From contig CALCDS010000132.1 of assembly GCA_937900065.1 (NCBI GenBank), positions 1-45,604 on the forward strand: a DNA stretch of 45,604 bases, given 5' to 3'. The notes below the pieces were generated by a model. It was given only the letters and a program-made list of their open reading frames with translations. It was not told the origin of the DNA and made no database searches. This stretch comes from an uncultured Clostridiaceae bacterium. GTDB taxonomy: Bacteria > Bacillota > Clostridia > Clostridiales > Oxobacteraceae. The translations under genes and the position numbers were made by a program. Shown here piece after piece: positions 8,475 to 21,680 of this stretch (positions are counted from its first letter, which is position 1; the number at the start of each line of letters is the position of its first letter).

Positions 8475-11400
8475 ATGGTACATCCTGTTCAAGTAGGCAA
8501 AAGAACTAGAATGAGTTTTTCAAGAATACACGAAGTATTGGATATGCCGAATTTGATCGAGGTTCAACTGAATTCTTACAAATGGTTTTTGGATGAGGGT
8601 CTAAAAGAAGTTTTTGATGACATTAATCCCATACAGGATTATACCGGGAATTTAGTGCTTGAGTTTACGGATTACTCGCTTGACATGGACAATATAAAGT
8701 ATTCAGTTGAAGAATGCAAGGAAAGAGATACTACATATGCTGCCCCATTAAAAGTAAGGGTAAGGCTAATAAACAGAGAAACAGGTGAAGTAAAGGAACA
8801 GGAAGTTTTTATGGGGGATTTCCCTCTGATGACTGAACAGGGCACTTTCATCATAAACGGAGCAGAAAGGGTAATAGTAAGTCAGCTTGTTCGTTCCCCT
8901 GGAGTGTATTATGCGGAAACCTTAGATAAGTCAGGCAAGAAGCTCTACTCTTCAACACTTATACCCAATCGTGGAGCCTGGTTAGAATATGAAACAGATT
9001 CAAATGATGTGGTTTCTGTTCGCATAGACAGGACAAGAAAATTGCCTATTACTGTACTTTTAAGAGCATTGGGCATTGGTACCGATGCGCAGATATATGA
9101 GTTTTTTGGAGAAGATGAAAGACTCAAAAGTACAATAGGCAAGGACAATACTAAGACCAAGGATGAAGGCCTGATTGAGGTGTACAAAAGGTTAAGACCT
9201 GGCGAGCCTCCTACGGTTGAAAGCGCAATATCACTTCTTGACGCTTTGTTTTTTGATCCAAAGCGATATGATCTTTCAAAAGTCGGGCGTTACAAATTCA
9301 ATAAAAAATTAGCTCTATTTTCCAGGATAACTGGACATATAATTGCAGATACGGTGACTGATCCTGAAACCGGGGAAGTGATTATTGAAGAAGGCAAAAA
9401 AGTAGACAGGGAAACTGCCATGAAGATCCAGAATTCCGGGATAAACCAGGTATATCTGTTGGTCGACGGCAAAAGGATAAAGGTATTTGGAAATCATTTT
9501 GTAAATATTTACAAGATGAATATAAAATATAGGATAGATGATTTGAAGATAAAAGAAATGGTGTATTATCCTGTATTAAAAGAAATACTCGAACAATCCA
9601 AATCAGAAGACGAGTTTAGATCGTCGATAAAATCAAGGATGGGCGAACTTGTACCGAAACATATTATAAAGGATGATATATACGCTTCCATAAATTATGA
9701 TCTGAATTTGATATATGGAATAGGCCGCACTGATGATATCGACCATCTTGGAAACAGAAGGTTGAGATCGGTTGGAGAACTTTTGCAAAATCAGTTTAGG
9801 ATAGGTCTATCAAGGATGGAGAGGGTAGTAAAGGAAAGGATGACTATCCAGGACCTGGATGTTATAACCCCTCAGGCATTGGTGAATATAAGACCTGTTG
9901 CAGCAGCCATAAAGGAGTTTTTCGGAAGCTCACAGCTTTCACAGTTCATGGACCAGACCAATCCTTTATCTGAACTTACTCATAAAAGAAGGCTGTCTGC
10001 TCTAGGACCTGGCGGTTTGTCAAGGGAGAGAGCAGGGTTTGAGGTAAGAGACGTTCATTATTCACATTATGGACGTATGTGTCCTATTGAAACTCCTGAA
10101 GGTCCTAATATAGGACTTATAGGTTCACTTTCAACATATGCAAAAGTAAATGAATACGGTTTTATTGAGACTCCATACCGCAGGGTCGATAAATCGAGAG
10201 GTATAGTTACAAATGAGATAGTATATCTCACGGCCGATGAAGAGGATGAATATGTGATAGCTCAGGCCAATGAACCGCTTGATGCGGAAGGAAGATTCTT
10301 AAACAAGAGAGTTACGTCGAGAGCTGCAGTTGATATAGTTGTTGTACCAAATACTGAGGTTGACCTTATGGATGTGTCGCCAAAGCAGCTCGTATCGGTC
10401 GCTACGGCTATGATTCCGTTTCTTGAAAACGATGATGCCAACCGTGCGCTTATGGGTTCAAACATGCAGCGTCAGGCAGTTCCGCTTATAAAAACTGAAT
10501 CTCCTATTGTGGGCACGGGAATTGAGTATAGAGCGGCTAAAGATTCAGGCATAATACCTCTTGCCAAAAATGACGGCATAGTTGTAAAGGTTAGTGCGGA
10601 TGATATAAAGATAAAGCGTGATTCCGACGGAGGATATGATGTATATAAGCTCCTGAAGTTTAAACGTTCAAACCAAGGTACTACAATAAATCAAAGACCG
10701 ATAGTCAAAAAAGGTGATATAGTCAAAAAAGGCGATGTTGTTGCAGATGGACCTTCTACCGATATGGGAGAGATCGCATTGGGCAAAAACATATTGATGG
10801 GATTTATGAGCTGGGAAGGATATAATTACGAAGATGCTATGCTTATATCTGAGGAGCTTGTAAAAAATGATGTGTTTACATCGATTCATATAGAGGAATA
10901 TGAGGCTGAAGCAAGAGATACAAAACTTGGACCTGAAGAGATTACAAGGGATATACCAAATGTCGGTGAAGAAGCTATAAAAGATTTGGATGATAGAGGA
11001 ATAATAAGGATAGGAGCAGAAGTCAGGGCAGGCGATATACTTGTCGGTAAAGTCACCCCAAAGGGAGAGACCGAGCTTACTGCAGAGGAGAGACTTCTTC
11101 GTGCTATTTTTGGAGAAAAAGCAAGAGAAGTCAGGGATACATCGCTTAGAGTCCCACATGGCGAAGCAGGTATAATAGTTGATGTAAAAGTATTTACAAG
11201 GGAAAACGGCGATGAACTGCCGCCCGGAGTAAATGAACTGGTTAGATGCTATATTGCCCAAAAAAGGAAGATTTCAGTTGGCGACAAGATGGCAGGAAGG
11301 CATGGTAACAAGGGTGTTATCTCCAGGGTGCTTCCTGAAGAAGATATGCCTTTCCTACCTGACGGCAGGCCGCTTCAGATAGTTTTAAATCCACTAGGCG

Positions 11401-12248
11401 TACCTTCCCGTATGAACATAGGACAGGTGCTGGAGGTACATCTTGGGTTTGCGGCTCAAAGATTGGGATGGCATGTTGCAACCCCTGTTTTCGATGGCGC
11501 AAATGAAACTGAAATAATGGATTTACTTGAAAAGTCAGGCATAAGCAGAGACGGCAAGACCGTTTTAAGGGATGGAAGGACCGGTGATCCCTTTGACAAT
11601 CGTGTAACGGTTGGATATATGTATATTTTAAAGCTTGCTCACCTTGTCGATGATAAGATACATGCAAGATCCACTGGACCTTACTCATTGGTAACCCAGC
11701 AGCCTTTAGGCGGCAAAGCGCAATTTGGCGGCCAGAGGTTTGGCGAGATGGAAGTTTGGGCTTTGGAAGCTTATGGTGCAGCTCATACTCTTCAGGAAAT
11801 CTTGACCGTAAAATCAGATGATGTCGTGGGACGTGTAAAGACATATGAATCCATTGTAAAGGGCGAGAATATACCTGAACCCGGTGTTCCTGAATCATTC
11901 AAAGTGCTGATAAAAGAACTTCAATCGCTTTGCCTTGATGTTAAGGTGCTTTCCGACAACAAGCAGGAGATTCCTATAAAAGAGTCGGTAGACGACGATT
12001 CAGAGGATCTTGATGTCAATATAGAAGGCAGGGAAGATTCTGTGCCTTCAGGAGAACCTACTACTGGTGAACCGGAGAATGAGGAACAACCTGAAGAAGA
12101 TGAAGATTTTGATCTTAATATAGAAGATTTTAATATTCCTAGCACTGAAGAAAATAATACACCGGAAAATGAGGAAAATACCAAGCAGCCGCCTGATGAT
12201 GATTTTGATGACGATGATTTTGATGATGGCTTTGATGGTGATAAATAA
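8475..12248 (+). CDS. rpoB: DNA-directed RNA polymerase subunit beta, with an 87-aa acidic C-terminal tail
   Basis: 1257-aa ORF with all conserved beta regions (e.g. [61 protein letters not shown]). Confidence 0.98.
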   Translation: MVHPVQVGKRTRMSFSRIHEVLDMPNLIEVQLNSYKWFLDEGLKEVFDDINPIQDYTGNLVLEFTDYSLDMDNIKYSVEECKERDTTYAAPLKVRVRLINRETGEVKEQEVFMGDFPLMTEQGTFIINGAERVIVSQLVRSPGVYYAETLDKSGKKLYSSTLIPNRGAWLEYETDSNDVVSVRIDRTRKLPITVLLRALGIGTDAQIYEFFGEDERLKSTIGKDNTKTKDEGLIEVYKRLRPGEPPTVESAISLLDALFFDPKRYDLSKVGRYKFNKKLALFSRITGHIIADTVTDPETGEVIIEEGKKVDRETAMKIQNSGINQVYLLVDGKRIKVFGNHFVNIYKMNIKYRIDDLKIKEMVYYPVLKEILEQSKSEDEFRSSIKSRMGELVPKHIIKDDIYASINYDLNLIYGIGRTDDIDHLGNRRLRSVGELLQNQFRIGLSRMERVVKERMTIQDLDVITPQALVNIRPVAAAIKEFFGSSQLSQFMDQTNPLSELTHKRRLSALGPGGLSRERAGFEVRDVHYSHYGRMCPIETPEGPNIGLIGSLSTYAKVNEYGFIETPYRRVDKSRGIVTNEIVYLTADEEDEYVIAQANEPLDAEGRFLNKRVTSRAAVDIVVVPNTEVDLMDVSPKQLVSVATAMIPFLENDDANRALMGSNMQRQAVPLIKTESPIVGTGIEYRAAKDSGIIPLAKNDGIVVKVSADDIKIKRDSDGGYDVYKLLKFKRSNQGTTINQRPIVKKGDIVKKGDVVADGPSTDMGEIALGKNILMGFMSWEGYNYEDAMLISEELVKNDVFTSIHIEEYEAEARDTKLGPEEITRDIPNVGEEAIKDLDDRGIIRIGAEVRAGDILVGKVTPKGETELTAEERLLRAIFGEKAREVRDTSLRVPHGEAGIIVDVKVFTRENGDELPPGVNELVRCYIAQKRKISVGDKMAGRHGNKGVISRVLPEEDMPFLPDGRPLQIVLNPLGVPSRMNIGQVLEVHLGFAAQRLGWHVATPVFDGANETEIMDLLEKSGISRDGKTVLRDGRTGDPFDNRVTVGYMYILKLAHLVDDKIHARSTGPYSLVTQQPLGGKAQFGGQRFGEMEVWALEAYGAAHTLQEILTVKSDDVVGRVKTYESIVKGENIPEPGVPESFKVLIKELQSLCLDVKVLSDNKQEIPIKESVDDDSEDLDVNIEGREDSVPSGEPTTGEPENEEQPEEDEDFDLNIEDFNIPSTEENNTPENEENTKQPPDDDFDDDDFDDGFDGDK

Positions 12249-12271
12249 AAAGATGAAGGGAGGATGTCCCC

Positions 12272-15200
12272 TTGTTTGAACTTAACAATTTTGATTCAAT
12301 TCAGATAGGTCTTGCTTCTCCTGAAAAGATCAGAGAGTGGTCTAGAGGTGAGGTTAAGAAACCTGAAACAATCAATTACAGGACCCTCAAGCCTGAAAAG
12401 GATGGCCTGTTTTGTGAAAGGATATTTGGCCCTACCAAGGATTGGGAATGCCACTGCGGTAAGTATAAGAGAATCAGATATAAAGGAATTGTTTGTGATA
12501 GATGCGGAGTAGAGGTTACAAAATCCAAAGTAAGGCGTGAAAGGATGGGGCACATCGAGCTTGCAGCTCCCGTATCCCATATATGGTACTTTAAAGGAAT
12601 ACCATCGAGGATGGGACTTATGCTTGATATGTCGCCAAGGGCATTGGAGAAAGTTTTATATTTTGCCGCATACGTAGTAATAGATCCGGGAACCACTCCC
12701 CTTGCAAAAAAGCAGCTTTTGACTGACAGGGAATATAGAGAAGCTCAAGAAAAGTATGGCCTAAACGCTTTTGAAGCAGGGATGGGTGCTGAATCAATAA
12801 AGAAACTTTTAAAAGAGATTGATCTTGATGTACTATCTAAGGAATTAAGAGATGATTTAAAAAACAGTTCCGGACAAAAAAAAGTGCGCATAATAAAAAG
12901 GCTGGAAGTTGTTGAAGCATTTAGAAAGTCCGGGAATAAACCTGAATGGATGATACTTGATGTTGTTCCTGTCATTCCGCCGGATTTAAGGCCTATGGTT
13001 CAGCTTGATGGCGGAAGGTTTGCAACATCTGATTTAAATGATCTGTACAGAAGGGTTATAAACCGTAACAATAGGTTAAAAAGGCTTCTTGATCTTCAAG
13101 CTCCAGATATTATTGTAAGAAATGAGAAGAGGATGCTTCAAGAAGCGGTTGATGCGCTGATAGATAATGGCAGAAGAGGAAGACCTGTTACAGGACCTGG
13201 GAACAGGCCGCTTAAATCTCTTTCCGATATGCTAAAAGGCAAACAGGGAAGGTTTAGACAAAATCTTCTTGGAAAGCGTGTTGACTATTCAGGGCGTTCA
13301 GTTATAGTTGTAGGACCTGAACTTAAGATGTATCAGTGCGGTCTTCCTAAGGAAATGGCTCTTGAGCTGTTTAAACCTTTTGTAATGAAGAAACTTGTTG
13401 AGGAAGGTCAAGCGCATAACATAAAGAGTGCAAAGAGGATGGTGGAGAGGGTAAAACCTGAAGTATGGGATGTGCTCGAAGAAGTTATAAAGGACCATCC
13501 AGTGCTTTTAAACCGTGCTCCTACATTGCACAGGCTTGGGATTCAGGCATTTCAGCCGGTACTTGTAGAAGGAAGGGCTATAAAGCTCCATCCGCTTGCT
13601 TGTACTGCTTATAATGCCGATTTCGACGGCGATCAGATGGCGGTTCATGTTCCTCTTACAGTTGAGGCTCAGGCTGAAGCGAGATTTCTGATGCTTGCCG
13701 CCAATAACATATTAAAACCTCAGGATGGAAAACCTGTCGTTGTGCCTACTCAGGATATGGTGCTTGGTTCTTACTATCTTACGATAACAAAAAGCGGTGA
13801 GCCGGGGGAAGGCAGGGTATTTGCAACGCCGGACGAAGTTATTATGGCTTACAGCTTAAAGCAGATAGGACTGCATGCTGCTATTAAAGTGAGGGTAAGC
13901 AGGGAATATGAGGGTAAGACATATACGAATATAATAGATACAACGCCTGGGAAGATAATTTTCAATGAATCAATACCCCAGGATTTAGGCTTTGTTGACA
14001 GGAGTATTCCTGAAAACGTATGCAAGATGGAGATAGATTTTCTTGTAGATAAGAAAAATTTAGGAAAGATAATCGATAGATGCTATAAAGCTCATGGGCC
14101 GACAGGTACGGCGCTCATGCTGGATAAAATTAAAGCTAAGGGTTATCATTATTCAACGATAGGTGCCATTACGGTTTCCATATCGGACATGATAATACCT
14201 GCTGAAAAAGAGAAACTTCTTTCAAAAGCTGATTCAGACATTGATAAGATCGAGAAGATGTATAGGAGAGGACTTATATCCGATGAAGAAAGATATGAAA
14301 AGGTTATATCGGAGTGGACTCAAACCACAGACAAGGTAACCGATGCACTGATGCATAGCCTTGATAAATTCAATCCTATATATATGATGGCAAATTCAGG
14401 AGCCAGGGGCTCGAAAAACCAGATAAGACAGCTTTGCGGTATGAGGGGATTGATGGCAAATCCATCAGGTAAGATAATAGAGCTTCCTATAAAAGCTTCG
14501 TTCCGTGACGGCTTGAATGTATTGGAATACTTCATATCCACTCATGGTGCAAGAAAAGGTTTAGCAGATACGGCTCTTAGGACCGCTGACTCAGGATACC
14601 TGACAAGAAGGCTGGTAGATGTAAGCCAGGATGTAATAATCAGGGAAGAAGATTGTGGCACCGATAAGGGAGTATGGGTAAGCGATATCAGAGAAGGCAA
14701 TGAAATAATAGAAAGCTTTAAAGATAGGATCATAGGAAGGTATCTTGCAGCTGATATAACCGATCCTAAAACAGGTGAGGCTATAGCAGAGAAGAACCAG
14801 TTTGTTACAGAAGCACTTGCTACAAAGCTCATAAAAGCTGGAATTAAAAAAGCATATATAAGGACTGTTCTTACATGCAGGTGCAGGTATGGCATATGCT
14901 CTAAGTGCTATGGAGCAAATCTTGCAACAGGGCAGAGAGCAGACATAGGCGAAGCTGTAGGAATAATTGCGGCACAGGCAATAGGAGAGCCTGGAACACA
15001 GCTTACAATGAGGACCTTCCATACCGGAGGGGTTGCCGGTGCTGATATTACACAAGGACTTCCGAGGGTCGAAGAGCTGTTCGAAGCAAGAAAGCCGAAA
15101 GGTCTTGCTACCATATCTGAAATATCAGGTGTGGTCAAAATAAGCGAGACCAAAAAGAAAAGGGAAGTTATTGTTACATCTGAAAACGGAGAATCCAAAA

Positions 15201-15778
15201 CATATCAGATACCATATGGTTCAAGGCTCAAGGTTTCAGATGGATCCGTAATAGAGGCTGGAGATGAACTGACCGAAGGATCAGTCAACCCGCATGATAT
15301 ACTGGCAGTAAAGGGTGTAGATGCTGTCAGGGCATATCTATTGTCCGAAGTCCAGAAAGTATACAGGATACAGGGTGTTGAGATTAATGACAAGCATGTA
15401 GAGGTAATAATCAGAAGCATGCTAAGAAAGATCAAAGTGGATGATCCGGGAGATACGGATTTGCTTCCGGGTGGTCTGGTAGATATGTTTGAGTTCGAAG
15501 ATGAAAACAAAAGAGTGGAAAACTTAGGGCTTAAAAAAGCTAACGGCAAGGTCGCACTGCTTGGCATAACAAAAGCTGCTTTGGCAACGGATTCATTCCT
15601 GTCGGCTGCCTCATTCCAGGAAACCACAAGAGTGCTTACTGATGCAGCTATAAAAGGAAAGGTAGATCCTCTGGTAGGACTTAAGGAAAATGTTATCCTA
15701 GGAAAGCTTATACCTGCTGGTACTGGAATGCCAAGATATAAATCGATTGCAGTGCATCCGAAAGTAGACGGTGAATGA
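12272..15778 (+). CDS. rpoC: DNA-directed RNA polymerase subunit beta'
   Basis: 1168 aa; TTG start 8 nt after GGGAGG; zinc motif [20 protein letters not shown] and catalytic NADFDGDQM. Confidence 0.98.
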   Translation: MFELNNFDSIQIGLASPEKIREWSRGEVKKPETINYRTLKPEKDGLFCERIFGPTKDWECHCGKYKRIRYKGIVCDRCGVEVTKSKVRRERMGHIELAAPVSHIWYFKGIPSRMGLMLDMSPRALEKVLYFAAYVVIDPGTTPLAKKQLLTDREYREAQEKYGLNAFEAGMGAESIKKLLKEIDLDVLSKELRDDLKNSSGQKKVRIIKRLEVVEAFRKSGNKPEWMILDVVPVIPPDLRPMVQLDGGRFATSDLNDLYRRVINRNNRLKRLLDLQAPDIIVRNEKRMLQEAVDALIDNGRRGRPVTGPGNRPLKSLSDMLKGKQGRFRQNLLGKRVDYSGRSVIVVGPELKMYQCGLPKEMALELFKPFVMKKLVEEGQAHNIKSAKRMVERVKPEVWDVLEEVIKDHPVLLNRAPTLHRLGIQAFQPVLVEGRAIKLHPLACTAYNADFDGDQMAVHVPLTVEAQAEARFLMLAANNILKPQDGKPVVVPTQDMVLGSYYLTITKSGEPGEGRVFATPDEVIMAYSLKQIGLHAAIKVRVSREYEGKTYTNIIDTTPGKIIFNESIPQDLGFVDRSIPENVCKMEIDFLVDKKNLGKIIDRCYKAHGPTGTALMLDKIKAKGYHYSTIGAITVSISDMIIPAEKEKLLSKADSDIDKIEKMYRRGLISDEERYEKVISEWTQTTDKVTDALMHSLDKFNPIYMMANSGARGSKNQIRQLCGMRGLMANPSGKIIELPIKASFRDGLNVLEYFISTHGARKGLADTALRTADSGYLTRRLVDVSQDVIIREEDCGTDKGVWVSDIREGNEIIESFKDRIIGRYLAADITDPKTGEAIAEKNQFVTEALATKLIKAGIKKAYIRTVLTCRCRYGICSKCYGANLATGQRADIGEAVGIIAAQAIGEPGTQLTMRTFHTGGVAGADITQGLPRVEELFEARKPKGLATISEISGVVKISETKKKREVIVTSENGESKTYQIPYGSRLKVSDGSVIEAGDELTEGSVNPHDILAVKGVDAVRAYLLSEVQKVYRIQGVEINDKHVEVIIRSMLRKIKVDDPGDTDLLPGGLVDMFEFEDENKRVENLGLKKANGKVALLGITKAALATDSFLSAASFQETTRVLTDAAIKGKVDPLVGLKENVILGKLIPAGTGMPRYKSIAVHPKVDGE

Positions 15779-15819
15779 TTTTTGATATATTTATATTATT
15801 TGCGATGCAATCGTTAGAG

Positions 15820-15849
15820 TTGACAATGCATATTTGCAAATGTTAAAAT
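15820..15849 (+). promoter_or_regulatory. candidate sigmaA promoter of the L7Ae-like/rpsL/rpsG/fusA/tuf (str) operon
   Basis: TTGACA (15820-15825), 18-nt spacer, TAAAAT (15844-15849). Confidence 0.5.
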
Positions 15850-15875
15850 AATCAATGTGTGATTTTTTGTAAATT

Positions 15876-15922
15876 AGCAACAAAACCTCTCTTTGGGAAA
15901 GATTTTGTTGCTATGTGGTTTT
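15876..15922 (+). promoter_or_regulatory. leader stem-loop with downstream T-run (possible attenuator or rpoC terminator)
   Basis: agcaacaaaa/ttttgttgct (10 bp) plus an inner tcttt/aaaga stem, followed by atgtggTTTTT. Lies downstream of the predicted promoter. Confidence 0.4.
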
Positions 15923-16008
15923 TAACTCTCTTTTGATGATGTGTGTAAAGAGGTTCAAGCTCGGGCGATGGGCGTGAAAATTCTCTTTAATATGGAGGGG
16001 GAGATATA

Positions 16009-16248
16009 ATGATTGGCTTACAAGGGAAAAAAGTTGTAGGAGTGAAACAGACTTTAAAGGTTATAAAAGGCGGAAAGGCTTCCATTGTGTACATTGCAAA
16101 GGATGCTGAAGACAGGGTAACAATTCCTGTCAGTGAGCTTTGCAGGCAAAATAGTATAGAACTTATCTATGTCAACACGATGAAAGAGTTAGGCCATATG
16201 TGTGGTATTGATGTTGGTGCTGCAACTGCAGCATTGATAAATGAATAG
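16009..16248 (+). CDS. ybxF: L7Ae-family ribosome-associated K-turn-binding protein (YbxF/RplGB-like)
   Basis: 79 aa; [12 protein letters not shown]...[19 protein letters not shown] resembles B. subtilis YbxF. Conserved position between rpoC and rpsL. Confidence 0.85.
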   Translation: MIGLQGKKVVGVKQTLKVIKGGKASIVYIAKDAEDRVTIPVSELCRQNSIELIYVNTMKELGHMCGIDVGAATAALINE

Positions 16249-16271
16249 ATAATCTGAAAGGAGGTGTACAA

Positions 16272-16646
16272 ATGCCTACAATTAATCAATTAGTGAAAAA
16301 AGGCAGAAAAAAGATTACAAGGAAATCTACTGCCCCTGCACTAAAAGAATGTCCTCAAAAAAGGGGTGTATGTACTGTTGTAAAAACAACAACACCGAAG
16401 AAGCCGAATTCAGCTTTGAGAAAGATAGCAAGAGTTAGGCTCGTAAATGGTATAGAAGTTACATCATACATTCCAGGTATAGGACATAACCTTCAGGAAC
16501 ACTCTGTTGTACTTATAAGGGGTGGAAGGGTTAAGGATCTGCCAGGTGTAAGGTATCATATAATAAGAGGTACGATGGATGCAGCTGGAGTTGCAGACAG
16601 GAAACAGGGCAGGTCTAAGTACGGTGCAAAGAAGCCGAAAAAATGA
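16272..16646 (+). CDS. rpsL: 30S ribosomal protein S12
   Basis: 124 aa starting [14 protein letters not shown]...; [10 protein letters not shown] motif. Confidence 0.97.
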   Translation: MPTINQLVKKGRKKITRKSTAPALKECPQKRGVCTVVKTTTPKKPNSALRKIARVRLVNGIEVTSYIPGIGHNLQEHSVVLIRGGRVKDLPGVRYHIIRGTMDAAGVADRKQGRSKYGAKKPKK

Positions 16647-17389
<743 letters not shown>

Positions 17390-17495
17390 TAAATACAAAT
17401 TTTATACCAGGGCTGCATCTTTGTGCAGAAGTTTATAGTTTTTGCTGAATTTTTGGGAACTATAATATTAATTGTTTTTGGAAAGGAGGATTACT

Positions 17496-19565
17496 GTGCC
17501 TAGGCAGTTTGAACTAGATAAAGTAAGAAATATTGGAATAATGGCTCATATTGATGCAGGAAAGACCACTACGACAGAAAGGATTCTTTTCTACACCGGT
17601 AAGACCCATAAAATGGGCGAAGTGCATGATGGAGAAGCAACTATGGACTGGATGGTGGAAGAACAGGAAAGAGGTATTACCATAACCTCTGCAGCCACGA
17701 CAACACGTTGGAAAGGCCATGTTATCAACATCATTGATACGCCGGGGCACGTAGATTTTACAGTTGAGGTTGAAAGGTCCCTCCGTGTTCTCGATGGTTC
17801 AGTTGCAGTCTTCTGTGCCAAAGGTGGGGTTGAACCGCAATCAGAAACAGTCTGGAGACAGGCTGATAAATATAACGTTCCACGTATTTCGTTTGTAAAT
17901 AAAATGGATATAATGGGGGCAGATTTCTTCAACGTCATAAAAATGATGAAGGATAGGCTTCATGCCAATGCTGTCCCAGTACAGATTCCTATAGGTAAGG
18001 AAGATTCATTCAAAGGTGTTGTCGACCTTATAAGAAATGATGCTGTGATATATATAGATGAGCTTGGGACAAAAAGCGAAGAGACAAAAATACCTGATGA
18101 TTTAAAGGACCTTGCAAAAGAATACAGAGATAAACTTCTGGAAACTGTTGCAGATCTGGATGATAATCTGGCGATGAAATATCTTGAAGGCGAAGAAATT
18201 ACTGAAGATGAGATAAGGTCAGCACTGAGGGCCGGTACTATAGAAGGCAAGATTTCTCCTGTTTTATGCGGCTCGTCATATAAAAATAAAGGAGTTCAAC
18301 CTTTGATTGATGCTATTGTATATTATCTGCCTTCTCCTCTTGATATGCCTCCTGTAAGGGGCATTGATCCTGATACTCAGGAAGATATAGAGATTCCTGC
18401 CGGCGATGATGAGCCGTTTTCGGCTCTTGCATTTAAGATAATGGCTGATCCATTTGTAGGAAAGCTTGCATTCTTCAGGGTGTATTCGGGCGCTATAAAA
18501 GCAGGGTCATATGTGTTTAACTCTAGCAAGAATAAAAAAGAGAGACTGGGCAGAATACTGAGGATGCACGCAAACCATAGAGAAGATATCGATGAGGTAA
18601 GAACAGGAGATATTGCTGCTGCGGTAGGGCTTAAAGATGTGACTACAGGTGATACTCTGTGTTCGGAAGATAAACCGATAGTGCTGGAATCGATGGAGTT
18701 CCCTGAACCTGTTATAAGAGTTGCAATAGAGCCTAAGTCGAAAGCAGCGCAGGATAAGATGGGAATCGGCCTATCAAAACTTGCTGAGGAGGATCCTACG
18801 TTTAAGACATATACTGACCAGGAAACAGGACAGACAATTATTGCAGGCATGGGAGAGCTTCACCTTGAGATAATTGTAGATAGGCTTATGAGAGAGTTCA
18901 AGGTAGAAGCTAATGTTGGTAAGCCGCAGGTTGCATACAAGGAAACTATAAAAAAGCCTGTTAAGATTGAAGGAAAATTCATAAGACAATCCGGAGGCCG
19001 TGGACAGTATGGCCATGTAGTGCTTAAACTTGAACCGAAAGAAAGGGGTACTGGCTACGAATTCGTAAACAAGATTGTCGGAGGAGCTATACCTAAAGAA
19101 TATATACCAGCGGTTGATGCAGGTGTTCAGGGTGCGATGGAAAGCGGAATATTAGGTGGATATCCTGTAGTGGACGTGAAAGTTACACTGGTCGATGGTT
19201 CATACCATGAAGTCGACTCATCAGAAATGGCATTTAAGATTGCAGGTTCCATGGCATTTAAGGATGGTATGGCAAAGGCAAATCCGGTACTGGTTGAACC
19301 TATTATGAAGGTTGAAGTATTCGTACCTGAAGAATATATGGGCGATGTAATCGGTGATTTGAATTCAAGAAGAGGCAGGATCGAAGGCATGGAACCACGG
19401 TCAGGAGCAGAGGTTATAAGAGCATTTGTTCCCTTGGCTGAGATGTTTGGATATGCTACATCTTTAAGATCCAGGACTCAAGGAAGAGGCAACTATTCCA
19501 TGGAGTTCCATCACTATGACGAAGTGCCTAAGAATATAGCTGATACGATAATAGGCGTCAAATAA
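17496..19565 (+). CDS. fusA: translation elongation factor G
   Basis: 689 aa from the GTG 6 nt after GGAGG (ORF-track start 17472 trimmed); [21 protein letters not shown] and DTPGHVDF motifs. Confidence 0.97.
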   Translation: MPRQFELDKVRNIGIMAHIDAGKTTTTERILFYTGKTHKMGEVHDGEATMDWMVEEQERGITITSAATTTRWKGHVINIIDTPGHVDFTVEVERSLRVLDGSVAVFCAKGGVEPQSETVWRQADKYNVPRISFVNKMDIMGADFFNVIKMMKDRLHANAVPVQIPIGKEDSFKGVVDLIRNDAVIYIDELGTKSEETKIPDDLKDLAKEYRDKLLETVADLDDNLAMKYLEGEEITEDEIRSALRAGTIEGKISPVLCGSSYKNKGVQPLIDAIVYYLPSPLDMPPVRGIDPDTQEDIEIPAGDDEPFSALAFKIMADPFVGKLAFFRVYSGAIKAGSYVFNSSKNKKERLGRILRMHANHREDIDEVRTGDIAAAVGLKDVTTGDTLCSEDKPIVLESMEFPEPVIRVAIEPKSKAAQDKMGIGLSKLAEEDPTFKTYTDQETGQTIIAGMGELHLEIIVDRLMREFKVEANVGKPQVAYKETIKKPVKIEGKFIRQSGGRGQYGHVVLKLEPKERGTGYEFVNKIVGGAIPKEYIPAVDAGVQGAMESGILGGYPVVDVKVTLVDGSYHEVDSSEMAFKIAGSMAFKDGMAKANPVLVEPIMKVEVFVPEEYMGDVIGDLNSRRGRIEGMEPRSGAEVIRAFVPLAEMFGYATSLRSRTQGRGNYSMEFHHYDEVPKNIADTIIGVK

Positions 19566-19567
19566 TA

Positions 19568-19643
19568 TTGATTTTTGAGCAATCCAAGTGAGTGTGAACA
19601 GGCGAGAAGGATGCTCAAAATCAACACCTTTGTTAAACAGGAC
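19568..19643 (+). repeat. intergenic repeat family B, copy 2, with its 5' part folded into a 16-bp hairpin
   Basis: ttgatttttgagcaatcc (19568-19585) pairs with GGATGCTCAAAATCAA (19609-19624). The core GGATGCTCAAAATCAACACCTTTGTTAAACA differs at 2 of 31 positions from 42264-42294. Confidence 0.6.
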
Positions 19644-19713
19644 TTTAATTAAAACTTGGTTCATTATAGAAGAGATAAAATGCAAGTAGTATTGTAATAG
19701 GGAGGAAAAAAAT

Positions 19714-20910
19714 ATGGCAAAGGCTAAATATGAAAGGACAAAACCCCATGTAAACATTGGGACAATAGGACATGTCGATCACGGTAAGACAACATTGACG
19801 GCTGCTATAACATATGTTCTTGCAAAAGCAGGTAAAGCTCAAGCTACGGAATATGATGAAATCGATAAAGCGCCTGAAGAGAAAGCAAGAGGAATAACAA
19901 TAAACACAGCGCATGTTGAGTATGAGACAGATAAAAGACACTATGCTCATGTTGACTGCCCGGGACATGCGGACTATGTAAAGAACATGATAACAGGAGC
20001 AGCACAGATGGATGGAGCAATACTTGTTGTTTCAGCAGCAGACGGCCCCATGCCTCAGACAAGGGAGCACATACTGCTGGCAAGGCAGGTAGGAGTTCCG
20101 TATATCATAGTATATCTTAATAAAGTTGATATGGTTGACGATCCCGAACTGATAGAATTAGTAGAGATGGAAGTAAGGGAGCTTCTAAATGAATATGGAT
20201 TTCCAGGAGACGACACGCCAATAATAGTAGGGTCAGCACTAAAGGCACTGGAGAATCCTGATGATCCTAAATGGACGAAATCGATATATGAGCTATTGGA
20301 TGCAATAGACACATATATACCCACACCAAAGAGAGCAACTGATAAACCGTTCCTGATGCCAGTAGAAGATGTGTTTACAATAACAGGACGTGGTACGGTT
20401 GCAACAGGAAGAGTTGAAAGAGGCACACTGAAGATAGGCGACGAAGTTGAGATAGTCGGCTTGACACAGGAGAAGAAAAAGACAGTTGTAACCGGAGTTG
20501 AGATGTTCAGGAAGACGCTTGACTATGCAGAAGCCGGAGACAATATCGGAGCACTGTTAAGGGGCATACAGAGGGATGAAGTTGAAAGAGGACAGGTACT
20601 TTGCAAACCGAATTCAATACATCCGCATATGCACTTTAAAGGGCAGGTATATGTGCTGAAGAAAGAAGAAGGTGGAAGGCATACACCGTTCTTCAATGGT
20701 TACAGGCCGCAGTTTTATTTCAGGACAACAGATGTAACGGGGACTATAAAACTACCTGAAGGCGAAGAGATGGTAATGCCTGGAGACAACACGAACATGG
20801 AAGTTGAGCTCATATCACCGATAGCAATGGAAGAAGGATTAAGGTTTGCTATTCGTGAAGGCGGGCATACTGTTGGATCAGGAGTTGTTTCAGAGATAAT
20901 TGACAAATAG
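19714..20910 (+). CDS. tuf: translation elongation factor Tu, copy 2 (str-operon copy)
   Basis: 398 aa, identical protein to copy 1; canonical position after fusA. Confidence 0.97.
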   Translation: MAKAKYERTKPHVNIGTIGHVDHGKTTLTAAITYVLAKAGKAQATEYDEIDKAPEEKARGITINTAHVEYETDKRHYAHVDCPGHADYVKNMITGAAQMDGAILVVSAADGPMPQTREHILLARQVGVPYIIVYLNKVDMVDDPELIELVEMEVRELLNEYGFPGDDTPIIVGSALKALENPDDPKWTKSIYELLDAIDTYIPTPKRATDKPFLMPVEDVFTITGRGTVATGRVERGTLKIGDEVEIVGLTQEKKKTVVTGVEMFRKTLDYAEAGDNIGALLRGIQRDEVERGQVLCKPNSIHPHMHFKGQVYVLKKEEGGRHTPFFNGYRPQFYFRTTDVTGTIKLPEGEEMVMPGDNTNMEVELISPIAMEEGLRFAIREGGHTVGSGVVSEIIDK

Positions 20911-20942
20911 AGAGAAACTTTAATTCATAAGCATTACAAAAA

Positions 20943-20985
20943 CATACTGCAAGAGAAGAGGATTGCCCTCTTCTCTTGCAGTATG
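20943..20985 (+). terminator. 19-bp hairpin after tuf copy 2, lacking the U-tract of copy 1
   Basis: Same stem-loop as 4058-4100, but followed by ctaaagtatttc rather than TTTT. Confidence 0.45.
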
Positions 20986-20997
20986 CTAAAGTATTTC

Positions 20998-21027
20998 TTG
21001 ACCTGATATGTTGTTTTATAGTAAAAT
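20998..21027 (+). promoter_or_regulatory. candidate sigmaA promoter of the S10 operon
   Basis: TTGACC (20998-21003), 18-nt spacer, TAAAAT (21022-21027), leaving a leader of about 215 nt before rpsJ. Confidence 0.45.
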
Positions 21028-21249
21028 ATAAGAGTTGTGATGTTATTGGATATGGCGATGAGGCAAGAGGTTGCTTAACTTTTTAAGGGAATTCTTGCTG
21101 AGAATGTCCGAAAAAGTAATCGGGCGACAGGGGTAAAGTAAACTCTGGGTATTTATTTTTTGGTATTAGTAATGAAACACCTGGTACAGTTTATGGATAT
21201 CCTGTGTCGTACGTAAAGAAATAGCGTGCGATGAAAAGGAGGGAGTAAA

Positions 21250-21558
21250 ATGGCAAATCAGAAAATCAGGATCAGACTTAAAGCATTTGATCATGGCATA
21301 CTTGACCAGTCAGCTGAAAAAATAGTTGATGCCGCCAAGAAAACAGGTGCAAGGGTATCAGGCCCAGTTCCGCTTCCCACTGAGAAGGATGTGGTGACAG
21401 TGCTTAGGGCACCACATAAATATAAGGATTCAAGGGAGCAGTTCGAGATTAGGACCCACAAAAGGCTTATCGATATATTAAGCCCGACCCCAAAGACGGT
21501 TGATGCTTTAATGAGGCTGGATCTGCCGGCCGGTGTCGATATTGAAATCAAATTATAG
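21250..21558 (+). CDS. rpsJ: 30S ribosomal protein S10
   Basis: 102 aa starting [15 protein letters not shown]. Confidence 0.97.
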   Translation: MANQKIRIRLKAFDHGILDQSAEKIVDAAKKTGARVSGPVPLPTEKDVVTVLRAPHKYKDSREQFEIRTHKRLIDILSPTPKTVDALMRLDLPAGVDIEIKL

Positions 21559-21680
21559 TGATAGAAAATTTATGCGATAGATTCGTTTAAAACGAACTAT
21601 CATGACCGCAATAGCGTGCAGCATGTTCAAGATAAACATTGCACGACAGCGATCCGCTGATATGTTGAGGAGGTGCAGTT

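Larger units (their letters stand above)
19701..20985 (+). repeat. 1285-bp exact duplication, copy 2 (tuf with its RBS and 3' hairpin)
   Basis: Identical to 2816-4100. The flanks diverge immediately outside: g vs a on the 5' side, ctaaag vs ttttgg on the 3' side. Confidence 0.9.

Noticed and set aside
10668-11898. Two long minus-strand ORFs (197 aa and 193 aa) inside rpoB
   Set aside because: They are antisense shadows of a highly conserved, purine-rich coding region. Their translations are low-complexity (Cys/Phe/Ser/Tyr or Leu/Pro/His-rich) with no RBS or recognisable domain. rpoB fully explains the region.
15925-15990. TGATGA (box-C-like) sequence upstream of the L7Ae-like gene as an autoregulatory K-turn
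   Set aside because: I tried to fold ctcttt-tgatgatgtgtgt-aaagag. No register places a 3-nt bulge followed by tandem G-A/A-G pairs against a complementary GA on the other strand, so the K-turn geometry is not supported.
19609-19640. Family B core as a boxA-like Nus-factor antitermination site (…TGCTC…CTTTGTTAAACA resembles TGCTCTTTAACAA)
   Set aside because: The resemblance needs a 14-nt insertion between the two halves, and I cannot verify the Clostridial boxA consensus from memory. It is kept only as an idea inside the family-B finding, not as a call.
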